The notes under the pieces were generated by a model. That model was not told the origin of the DNA. It did no database searches and worked only from the letters and a program-made list of their open reading frames with translations. The translations under genes and the position numbers were made by a program. 64,000 nt of DNA, taken from NCBI GenBank assembly GCA_020636505.1, contig JACJXR010000009.1, forward strand, positions 4,228 to 68,227, written 5' to 3'. Positions 9,949-17,730 of this stretch are shown piece after piece (within the stretch, counting starts at the first letter, position 1; each line of letters begins with the position of its first letter). The stretch comes from Chitinophagales bacterium (GTDB lineage: Bacteria; Bacteroidota; Bacteroidia; Chitinophagales; Chitinophagaceae).

Positions 9949-9955
9949 CATTTTT

Positions 9956-10000
9956 GGGTACAACATAGGGCAAACATTTGCATGTTTTAACTCATTTTTC
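9956..10000 (+). repeat. Left-arm copy of a ~45-bp motif shared with the integrase upstream region (candidate arm-type site)
   Basis: GGGTACAACATAGGGCAAACA-tttgca-TGTTTT-aa-CTC here versus GGGTACAACATGGGGCAAACA-aaaagg-TGTTTT-tg-CTC at 30910-30953. The first 21 bp are 20/21 identical, in the same orientation. Confidence 0.6.
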
Positions 10001-10111
10001 CTTTTCAGTGGTTTGTTTATCGAGTAACCGTCTCAAAAGAAACCTCATACACCCAATAGGGAACAGTGCACATTCCGAGTTGAGTTTGTGTAGGAGTAAA
10101 CAAAATACAGC

Positions 10112-10360
10112 TTAACTCTTATCCTTAATTCTGAAGTAGGAATGCCTAACAGGGATATTGAATATGAAGTATACCAAATAACCTCTGTCTGACCTTAATA
10201 CAGCCTCGACGTAGTATGTGATACCAGAATGGAAATCTTTTACAGATACAATACATATTACTCTTATCGGCACTCTCAGGTATAACATCTGACCAGTTTT
10301 GGTTATAATCCATAGTCCATCAATGTCGTCTCCTGGGTCGTCATAATCTGTGATATCCAT
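10112..10360 (-). CDS. Hypothetical small protein (82 aa)
   Basis: Starts 4 nt after the stop of the upstream DUF3871-like gene on the same strand, which suggests operon packing. No recognisable motif. Confidence 0.45.
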   Translation of the reverse strand: MDITDYDDPGDDIDGLWIITKTGQMLYLRVPIRVICIVSVKDFHSGITYYVEAVLRSDRGYLVYFIFNIPVRHSYFRIKDKS

Positions 10361-10364
10361 AGTT

Positions 10365-11375
10365 TTAGTTTAAGTACCAACAGTCATCAGAAGAATCCAG
10401 GGCATGTTGTAATTGTGACACTAACTCAAAGGCATTTACGTTCCTATCCATAAAGTAGTCCACATATGAGCTCTTGTTGGCATTTGTGAACAGATTGTAC
10501 AGCTTCCATAGATTAATGCTCCCATCTGGTGAACTACAGAAGCTATTATCAGAGTAGTAGTCTTTACAGACTGTATTGATCTGACTATCCCCGAACATAA
10601 GGTCCGGTAGTTCCTTTTTCTTCTTTTCAGGCATGTGCCTGTACATTCTGCATCTCCCCACAAGGTTAGCAAACTGCCTTTCTGAGATACTATACTTACT
10701 AAACAAGCCATACAACCTTGACAATTCAACAGCATCGTAGTCTTTAAGAAGCATAAATATGCCGTTATATAGCTGATTGACATTATTTACCCTGAGGTTA
10801 GATAAGTAACCATCTGTAGCTACACACAGGTTAGTACATACCATATTCTTAAAGCCTATAAATACTTTAAAATGTTGGTCTGATGTGGACTTGTTGTATA
10901 GGTTGTCAAGGTTGTATGCCTTTATTCCCCCTACGGTCAGGTTAAGTTTACAACCATCTACTTCTGTTGTTATGGTAGGTATCTCTACTGTAAATGCCAT
11001 ACGCTCGTAATAGATAGTCTTTTCGTGCTCTTTGAGGGCTTTTGCAGGCTTATCCTTTGCTTCCGGCACTCTTCCCTTAACTGGATGAGATATGCGTATT
11101 ACAGGGCTTAAAACAGTCTCTGTAGGGAATACTGCTTTAACTGCCTTAATAGTTGTTTGTATGAACTCAGTATGGCTTATTACGGGCTCATTGTCTTTGA
11201 TGAATACAGGAATGATATGCCCCTTCTTGAGCTCGTTGAAAGTAGCTGAGACAGTGTTAGCTTCTATGAAATGCTGATTGGATGGTACAACCTGTATCTC
11301 ATTTACAACTTCCTGTAACGCAGCAGCTATATGTTTTGACCCATGGGGACTATTGTTATCTGTTAATATGTCCAT
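10365..11375 (-). CDS. DUF3871/DUF932-like phage/plasmid-associated protein
   Basis: The ORF runs to a GTG at 11513, but the ATG at 11375 (MDILTDNN...) limits overlap with the upstream gene to 20 nt. The FKVFIGFKNMVCTNLCV segment resembles the DUF932/DUF3871 core as I recall it. The family assignment is from memory only. Confidence 0.6.
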   Translation of the reverse strand: MDILTDNNSPHGSKHIAAALQEVVNEIQVVPSNQHFIEANTVSATFNELKKGHIIPVFIKDNEPVISHTEFIQTTIKAVKAVFPTETVLSPVIRISHPVKGRVPEAKDKPAKALKEHEKTIYYERMAFTVEIPTITTEVDGCKLNLTVGGIKAYNLDNLYNKSTSDQHFKVFIGFKNMVCTNLCVATDGYLSNLRVNNVNQLYNGIFMLLKDYDAVELSRLYGLFSKYSISERQFANLVGRCRMYRHMPEKKKKELPDLMFGDSQINTVCKDYYSDNSFCSSPDGSINLWKLYNLFTNANKSSYVDYFMDRNVNAFELVSQLQHALDSSDDCWYLN

Positions 11376-12234
11376 TGGCTTGTGTGTTTTGTACGGTTGA
11401 AGAATTGGTTTGTAATTGTAGTTGGTGCTTACGTGCTGTAAACTCTGTTTGTAGGGCTTGTTGGAGCCCAGGGTATGTGTTGTATAGTTGTGTAAGCTCA
11501 GGTATTGAACCACATCCCTGGATCCTTTCGATAATGGAGTTAATCAACTGTTCCCTGGACACTTGTTTACCCTCATTGCACCAATCAAGTATCTGTTTAC
11601 CTGTTTCTACGGTAGGTATGAACTCAGGCTTACCAAAGAATAGCTGTGTCCTGTCCTTAGATACTCGTGCATGTAAGTTTGTATCAAGGTCAAATACGAT
11701 AGTAAATTCGTAGTCAAGACCTTCTCTTTGCACTCCTTTAAGTCCTACTTTTTCAGGAACCATCTTACCGTTCTTGTCAGATAACACATAATCCTGTTTG
11801 GCTCGTATAGTTCCTATAACATGTACATCTGATTGTAGCATAGCATTGACAAATGCATTGTGACGTGGTGTAACCTTATTCCAGTTAGTGAAAGAGTTAC
11901 CGACCATCTTGGCATGTATATCAAGTATAGTTTCCCATTCGTGTGTAAGACTGTCGATAATAATCACAGAAACACCTCCCTGGATGCATACATTGATAGC
12001 TTGTATGTAACGTTCTGGACTGAATGGAGGCTCTAAGTGCAGCACTTTGAAGTTGCCCACATCGCTATACAATTCAGAGCTACGATTCTCTGTATCTATA
12101 ACAGCAATCTTATCCCAGGACCCACACAGTCCATAAGCTATGTACAAAGCGGATTTGGTCTTGCCTGAACCAGACGGTCCTTGTAAGGCACATTTTATCT
12201 TTACTTTCTTTCGTGAAGCTGTATTTAACTGCAT
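11356..12234 (-). CDS. AAA_24 / Sak4-like RecA-fold ATPase (phage-type recombination/replication accessory protein)
   Basis: Walker A GPSGSGKTKSAL, then IAVIDTENRS, and Walker B VSVIIIDSLTHEW. Size (292 aa) and layout are typical of PF13479-type phage ATPases. Confidence 0.75.
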   Translation of the reverse strand: MQLNTASRKKVKIKCALQGPSGSGKTKSALYIAYGLCGSWDKIAVIDTENRSSELYSDVGNFKVLHLEPPFSPERYIQAINVCIQGGVSVIIIDSLTHEWETILDIHAKMVGNSFTNWNKVTPRHNAFVNAMLQSDVHVIGTIRAKQDYVLSDKNGKMVPEKVGLKGVQREGLDYEFTIVFDLDTNLHARVSKDRTQLFFGKPEFIPTVETGKQILDWCNEGKQVSREQLINSIIERIQGCGSIPELTQLYNTYPGLQQALQTEFTARKHQLQLQTNSSTVQNTQANGHINR

Positions 12235-12254
12235 ATGATTTGATTTTGATGAAA

Positions 12255-12282
12255 TAAAAAAGCGGAGGTAAACACCCCCGCT
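12255..12282 (-). terminator. Intrinsic-terminator-like hairpin + U-run between the 112-aa gene and the Sak4-like gene (minus strand)
   Basis: The minus strand reads AGCGGGGG-tgtttac-CTCCGCT followed by TTTTTTATTT. Confidence 0.5.
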
Positions 12283-12309
12283 GTACTCTACCTACTAACC
12301 CACGGCAGT

Positions 12310-12648
12310 CTATGCAACCGCAAGCTCTTTACTCGTGTCTGGAATATTAGCAACACCCTCGGGCTGATAATCCCAGGTATGTGCCAACATTATCACTTCA
12401 CCTGTTTCAGGCATAGTGTACTCGTAAGGTTCGCATTGCTTACGAACAATGTTTCCAGGCATTTCCTTACCGACCATACGTTTTGCCGTTATTTCATCGA
12501 AAGTGGATGAAACAAAGCATCTACGTGATGTCGCATAGAAACGTCCTGTGTTTTGAGATTGAACCATCTCAATGTCTCCCATTAACTCAAGGGAAATGAA
12601 GTTTCCTTGTTCGCCTTCACGAACATGATAATTTGCTACAATGATCAT
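12310..12648 (-). CDS. Hypothetical protein (112 aa), first gene of the minus-strand module
   Basis: Clean ORF with an ATG start at the head of the Sak4/DUF3871 operon. No motif I can name; a single-strand-binding partner of Sak4 is only a guess. Confidence 0.55.
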   Translation of the reverse strand: MIIVANYHVREGEQGNFISLELMGDIEMVQSQNTGRFYATSRRCFVSSTFDEITAKRMVGKEMPGNIVRKQCEPYEYTMPETGEVIMLAHTWDYQPEGVANIPDTSKELAVA

Positions 12649-12847
12649 GATTGTACTGTTTTACTGATTTGAAAAAATGTTAGTAGAAAAGTGACGGGTA
12701 GTACCCGACACGCAAAATCGAGCAGGGGGTGAAATATAGGGGTGGATGTTTATTATCTATGTACAGTTTGATTGTTACTGCAGACTGTTTCTATAATTAA
12801 GCTTGAAATTGTGTTGCAAGTACTTTGCTATATTCGCATAAGTATAT

Positions 12848-13774
12848 ATGCAATTTTATATAAAAGCATCTGCATTCATTCTTTGTGCTGTTTTAGCACT
12901 ATTACAACTAATATCTGCTCCAATAGCTTTGGTGTTAGGCATATTTGTCAGTAACACATTAGGTCACCCTTTTCCCAATTTGAATAGCAAGGTTACCAAA
13001 AGGCTATTACAGTTTTCTATTGTTGGTTTAGGTTTTGGAATGAATGTTGAGAATGCACTAGCATCAAGCTTGAATGGTCTACTACTAATAGTTGTAACTA
13101 TTTTTGGTACAATTATTATTGGATATTTCGTTGGAAAGAATTTAAGAGTTGACAAAAAAATATCTTATTTGATTTCAGTCGGTACAGCTATTTGTGGCGG
13201 CAGTGCTATCGCTGCAACAGCTCCTATAATAAATGCCGATGATAATCATATAACAGTATCAATGAGTACTGTTTTTATACTTAACTCAGTTGCCCTTATT
13301 ATATTCCCTGTAATAGGACACTACATTCCACTTACAGAAATACAATTTGGTTATTGGTCAGCCATAGCTATACATGATACAAGTTCTGTAGTAGGTGCCG
13401 CAAGCCAATACGGTAATGAAGCTTTGGAGGTCGCAACAACAGTAAAATTAACACGAGCATTATGGATAGTCCCGCTATCATTATTAACTGCCATATTCTT
13501 CAAGAGTAATTCAGGAAAGACAAAAATTCCCTGGTTTATTGTATTGTTTATCATAGCTATGCTTTTCAATAGCTACTTTCCTGGTTTGGATACGTTCGCA
13601 AAATATATCGTGATCATAGCTAAGTCATGTTTAACCCTGACAATATTCTTGATTGGTTCATCATTGTCATTAAGTTTTATTAAAAAGACAGGTACACGTC
13701 CATTTATACAAGGTTTTTTATTGTGGGTTATTATCTCTATTACATCAATTATTGCTGTAATAGCTATCTACTAA
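12848..13774 (+). CDS. YeiH/UPF0324 family putative sulfate-exporter-type membrane protein
   Basis: 308 aa and strongly hydrophobic throughout. Contains SVGTAICGGSAIAATAPII and AIAIHDTSSVVGAA segments typical of PF03601 proteins. Confidence 0.75.
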   Translation: MQFYIKASAFILCAVLALLQLISAPIALVLGIFVSNTLGHPFPNLNSKVTKRLLQFSIVGLGFGMNVENALASSLNGLLLIVVTIFGTIIIGYFVGKNLRVDKKISYLISVGTAICGGSAIAATAPIINADDNHITVSMSTVFILNSVALIIFPVIGHYIPLTEIQFGYWSAIAIHDTSSVVGAASQYGNEALEVATTVKLTRALWIVPLSLLTAIFFKSNSGKTKIPWFIVLFIIAMLFNSYFPGLDTFAKYIVIIAKSCLTLTIFLIGSSLSLSFIKKTGTRPFIQGFLLWVIISITSIIAVIAIY

Positions 13775-13795
13775 AAAAAACTTATATTTGAATAA

Positions 13796-14197
13796 TTGGT
13801 CTTGAGCATTTTGAAGCAAATACTTGTCATATTAATAGCAATATGTTATGCCTTCGGCAGTGCCGAAGTAAGTTTGCATTTTCATTATTGTGGTAAGGTA
13901 TTTCAATATGTGTCTTTTTTTAGCGATCAAGAGAAAGATTCATGTTGTGGTGAGACAGGGGAAACAGATGGATGTTGTAAAAGCGATGTTGTAAAATGTG
14001 ATGTAGACGATCATAAACAGGGGCCTAAATACTTTCAGTTAAATAAAAAAACAACAGAAGATGCTTCTATAGCTTTAGCTAGTGAATCGTTTGAAACCTC
14101 GAAGTTTGTTAGCTTGATATACCATTACAGCAAGCTACACCCTCCACCAGTTCTCTCAACGAAGGTTTATCTGGATAATTGCGTTTTTCTTATTTGA
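13796..14197 (+). CDS. Small Cys-rich membrane-anchored protein, 'HYC..CC..PP' type (paralog of 16562-16975)
   Basis: TTG start and an N-terminal TM segment. Motifs are HFHYCG, SCCGE..DGCCKSD, VKCDVDD, HPPP and a C-terminal VFLI. It shares motif order with the second copy. Confidence 0.65.
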   Translation: MVLSILKQILVILIAICYAFGSAEVSLHFHYCGKVFQYVSFFSDQEKDSCCGETGETDGCCKSDVVKCDVDDHKQGPKYFQLNKKTTEDASIALASESFETSKFVSLIYHYSKLHPPPVLSTKVYLDNCVFLI

Positions 14198-14309
14198 TAT
14201 AAGTCATAATACGGTCAAACAAACCGTATGAACTAACAATTATGTTATGTTTTTGTTTCTATCTAGTCTGATTGAAATAAGAAAGTTTTATGACTAAAAT
14301 ATAATCAAT

Positions 14310-15653
14310 ATGAAAAAAGCTTTATTGATAATGCTATGCATGTCAGGCATAGCTAATTATACGAATGCGCAAAACGCAATAGATAAATACCTGACAGGTA
14401 CAAATAATTTTAAAGTAGTTGGAAATGCATCTAATGGCTTGCTAAATCCTCAGGATTTAGACTTTGAGCCGGGTACTAATACTTGGTGGGTACTAAATTA
14501 TGAAGGTAATACAGGAAGTGTATCTATATTTTTTGATGCTGATGGACCTGATCAAACATCTGAGTTTAGAAGAGATTCTCACGCCGGACACTTTATGATC
14601 AGAGCGTCTGCAATTGCTATCGGTGATAACGGAAATTTTGCTACCGTGCATGAAATACAAAACACAAACTCCGCATCTCCAACTTTTATGGGGCCTGCAT
14701 TATGGTCAACAGATACATCGATATTTGCTCGATTAGAGCAAAGTAACTGGGATCCGTCTACACTGTTAGGTAGTCACTTAGACATGTTGCACCAAAGCCC
14801 TTTCGCAATGGGTATAGCTCACGACAACGCAAATGCTTATTGGGTGTTTGATGGTTATAATGGCAATATTTGTAAGTACGATTTTAAGGCACCTCATATT
14901 GTAGGTGGAGATGATCATGCAGATGGAGAAATATACAGATATACTGATGTTACGGTTAAACGCAAATCCGGTGTGCCGAGTCATATGGCCCTGGATAAGC
15001 AGAATAACTGGCTGTATATAGTCGATGGTGGTAATAATCGGATTATAAGAATGAAAACCAATGATGCTACAGACGCAGGCCCTTTGACAGTGCCAAGTAC
15101 AGCTGGAGAGCCGCTCGCAAAATACCGCAATATGACTGGGGCTACTGTAGAAGTTCTCGTAAGTAGTGGACTAACCTCCCCGTGTGGAATTGACTATAAG
15201 GATAACAGAATTGTAGTGACAGATAATGCCACAGGAGAGATAATCATTTACGATGTGAGTAATGCACCTGCTACAGAAGTTGGAAGAATACAATCTGATG
15301 CCGGAATTATGGGTGTGAGAATTGATTGGGATAATGGAATATGGTTTGTTAATAGAAATAAGAGGCAGCTTGTAAAAATTGAGAATGCTAACGTGCCGAC
15401 AAGTATTAATGGCATACAGTCCAATACGAACCTTGTTGTATATCCTGTTCCGGCTCACGATATTTTAAATGTTGAATGGAATGGTGATGACGCTGCTGTA
15501 ATGTTGGTTGATGTTACTGGTAGAACTGTGTACCAAAATAAAATGACCGGAAAGAAGCTGACAATTAATTCTTCTGCCATGCCATCAGGAATGTATACCT
15601 TAGTCTTAAGAACAGATAAACAAGCGATCGCAAGAAAAGTGTTAATAGAATAA
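14310..15653 (+). CDS. Secreted NHL/beta-propeller-like protein with T9SS type A C-terminal sorting domain
   Basis: Signal peptide (MKKALLIMLCMSGIANYTNAQ). NHL-like strands YIVDGGNNRIIRM and IVVTDNATGEIIIYD. C-terminal VVYPVPAHDILNVEW...GMYTLVLRTD...KVLIE. Confidence 0.75.
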   Translation: MKKALLIMLCMSGIANYTNAQNAIDKYLTGTNNFKVVGNASNGLLNPQDLDFEPGTNTWWVLNYEGNTGSVSIFFDADGPDQTSEFRRDSHAGHFMIRASAIAIGDNGNFATVHEIQNTNSASPTFMGPALWSTDTSIFARLEQSNWDPSTLLGSHLDMLHQSPFAMGIAHDNANAYWVFDGYNGNICKYDFKAPHIVGGDDHADGEIYRYTDVTVKRKSGVPSHMALDKQNNWLYIVDGGNNRIIRMKTNDATDAGPLTVPSTAGEPLAKYRNMTGATVEVLVSSGLTSPCGIDYKDNRIVVTDNATGEIIIYDVSNAPATEVGRIQSDAGIMGVRIDWDNGIWFVNRNKRQLVKIENANVPTSINGIQSNTNLVVYPVPAHDILNVEWNGDDAAVMLVDVTGRTVYQNKMTGKKLTINSSAMPSGMYTLVLRTDKQAIARKVLIE

Positions 15654-16226
15654 ATGCAACTTCATATAAAAAATATGGTTTGCGACCGATGTAAATTGGT
15701 AGTAAAGGCTGAGCTTGAAAAGCTTGGCCTTTCTCCATTATCGGTACAGTTGGGTGTCGTGCAGTTACAAGAAGAATCTATACCAAATGAAGTCGTAGAA
15801 AAATTAAAAAACAGACTTAAAGAGTTAGGCTTTGAAATTATAGATGACAGGCGCAGCAGGTTAATAGAGGGAGTCAAAAAAATCATTATTGAGCTACTAT
15901 ATTCTGATAACGAATACCCTAATGTAAAGGTAAGTGACCTTCTGGCTAATAAGCTACACTATGATTATAGCTATTTGAGCAGATTGTTCTCAGAGACAGA
16001 AGGCATTACTATTGAACATTACCTGATACTGCAAAAAATAGAGCGGACAAAAGAACTGATTATATACGATGAACTTACATTGTCAGATATAGCGTACCAA
16101 TTAGGCTATAGCAGCACAGCACATTTGTCTGCTCAATTTAAAAAAGTCACAGGCATGACTCCTGGAACATTTCGCAAACAACAAGCCCAAAGCAGAAAAG
16201 AATTGGATAAAGTAGGTAAAAAGTAA
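15654..16226 (+). CDS. AraC-family transcriptional regulator with N-terminal HMA-like (CxxC) metal-binding domain
   Basis: N-terminus reads MQLHIKNMVCDRCKLVVKAEL (HMA fold, C-x-x-C). The C-terminal AraC HTH region reads LSDIAYQLGYSSTAHLSAQFKKVTGMTPGTFRK. The ATG directly abuts the upstream TAA. Confidence 0.85.
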   Translation: MQLHIKNMVCDRCKLVVKAELEKLGLSPLSVQLGVVQLQEESIPNEVVEKLKNRLKELGFEIIDDRRSRLIEGVKKIIIELLYSDNEYPNVKVSDLLANKLHYDYSYLSRLFSETEGITIEHYLILQKIERTKELIIYDELTLSDIAYQLGYSSTAHLSAQFKKVTGMTPGTFRKQQAQSRKELDKVGKK

Positions 16227-16309
16227 AAATCTTGTAAATATTAGCGTGAATTCTATAAGGCTGATAAATATGATAGAAGGAACTTTGTACTGTACTAATA
16301 TCTATTGAG

Positions 16310-16522
16310 ATGAGCGAACTAAAATTCAAAACAAATATTAACTGTGGCGGCTGTGTCAAAGCTGTGTCTGGTACATTAAATTGCAACTTAGAGATTGAGT
16401 CCTGGAATGTAGATGTAACCAATCCTGACAAGATATTAACTGTTAAAACAAATACACTTAGCCCGGAACAGGTAGTAGAATTGATTAACAATATAGGATT
16501 TGTAGCAAAACAAGCATCTTAG
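16310..16522 (+). CDS. Heavy-metal-associated (HMA) domain protein, CopZ-like chaperone
   Basis: 70 aa. KFKTNINCGGCVKAV carries a CxxC in the usual first-loop position of the ferredoxin-like HMA fold. Confidence 0.8.
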   Translation: MSELKFKTNINCGGCVKAVSGTLNCNLEIESWNVDVTNPDKILTVKTNTLSPEQVVELINNIGFVAKQAS

Positions 16523-16561
16523 TCACCTGTAGTCAAGATTTGGTATCTTTATGAATAGACA

Positions 16562-16975
16562 ATGAAAAAAGTCTTAGTAGCCATATTATCCATCTTTTAT
16601 CTTCTGAGCTCTTCAGGCTTCGTTGTATATGAGCACTACTGCATGGGAGAGTTGGCGCAGGCCTCTATATCCAACAATGTTTCTGACAAGGGACAATGCA
16701 GTAAGTGTGGTATGGAGAATAAAAAGGGTGAAGAAAATGGCTGCTGTAAAGACGAACAGAAGTTTGTAAAAACAGATGACCAGAATACTGGTGTTAAGTT
16801 AGTTATTAACAAGAGCCTTATTACATTAGCAGACCTGCCATCTTATTTAACCTACGATTATACGCTTCATTCATCTTACGGTACTGATATTAACACAGGG
16901 CTACCTCATGCTCCTCCATATACAGATATCTACAAGCATCCTATTTTCATTCGGGTGCAGTCTTTATTGATTTGA
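16562..16975 (+). CDS. Small Cys-rich membrane-anchored protein, 'HYC..CC..PP' type (paralog of 13796-14197)
   Basis: N-terminal TM segment. Motifs are YEHYCMG, QCSKCG..ENGCCKDE, VKTDDQ, HAPPY and a C-terminal SLLI. Confidence 0.7.
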   Translation: MKKVLVAILSIFYLLSSSGFVVYEHYCMGELAQASISNNVSDKGQCSKCGMENKKGEENGCCKDEQKFVKTDDQNTGVKLVINKSLITLADLPSYLTYDYTLHSSYGTDINTGLPHAPPYTDIYKHPIFIRVQSLLI

Positions 16976-17099
16976 TACAACACATTTTTTGCGATAGCTA
17001 TTAGTGCATCCAAACTATAGCACACTATAGTATGCATTAACGTCTGTCGCATTTTTGTTGCCCACCAATCATATTTAATAATTTAAAAATATTTATCTT

Positions 17100-17702
17100 A
17101 TGAAAAGTTTAATTTATGTCATGTTACTCATGAGCGCAGTAATGTTTGTAGCATGTAATAATGGTAATGATACACATCACGATCATAACCATGATGGTCA
17201 TGAGCATGGTATGTCCAACGAAGATATTCCTGTTGTAAAAGCAGAAATGGAAACAGATTCAATGTTTCAGGAACACATAGATGTAATCGCTCACTTTTAT
17301 ACACATATTCAAACAGCATTAGCTGATGATGATACAAAAGAGGCTTCCATTAGAGCTAAGCAGCTTTTAGCTCATATGCACGAATACGATACAGTAACAT
17401 TTAGTGAGAACGAACAGGAAGTGTATGATAAATATGAAGCTAAAATAGTTGAACTGTCTAGTGCTATCCAAAGTGCTGAGGATATAGATGCGCAAAGGAA
17501 ACATTTTGAAAGTATGTCAGATGTTATGTACCAGCTAGTGAAAACTATTGGCACGACAGAGCCATTGTACAAATCATATTGCCCTATGGCTTTCGATGGC
17601 AAAGGTGCAATGTGGCTGAGCGAAACTGAGGAAATAGCTAATCCATACTACGGAGCTTCCATGTATAGCTGCGGTAGTGTGCAGGAAGTTGTGAAGCGAT
17701 AA
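17100..17702 (+). CDS. DUF3347 domain lipoprotein with His-rich N-terminal stretch
   Basis: Lipobox-like MFVAC, then DTHHDHNHDGHEHG. The C-terminal YKSYCPMAFDGKGAMWLSETEEIANPYYGASMYSCGSV is characteristic of DUF3347. Confidence 0.8.
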   Translation: MKSLIYVMLLMSAVMFVACNNGNDTHHDHNHDGHEHGMSNEDIPVVKAEMETDSMFQEHIDVIAHFYTHIQTALADDDTKEASIRAKQLLAHMHEYDTVTFSENEQEVYDKYEAKIVELSSAIQSAEDIDAQRKHFESMSDVMYQLVKTIGTTEPLYKSYCPMAFDGKGAMWLSETEEIANPYYGASMYSCGSVQEVVKR

Positions 17703-17730
17703 ATACAATCAAGGCATCATAAATCAAATT

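Noticed and set aside
11282-11713. 143-aa plus-strand ORF spanning the Sak4-like / DUF3871-like gene junction
   Set aside because: It is antisense to two well-supported minus-strand genes. The translation is Cys- and Leu-rich with no motif.
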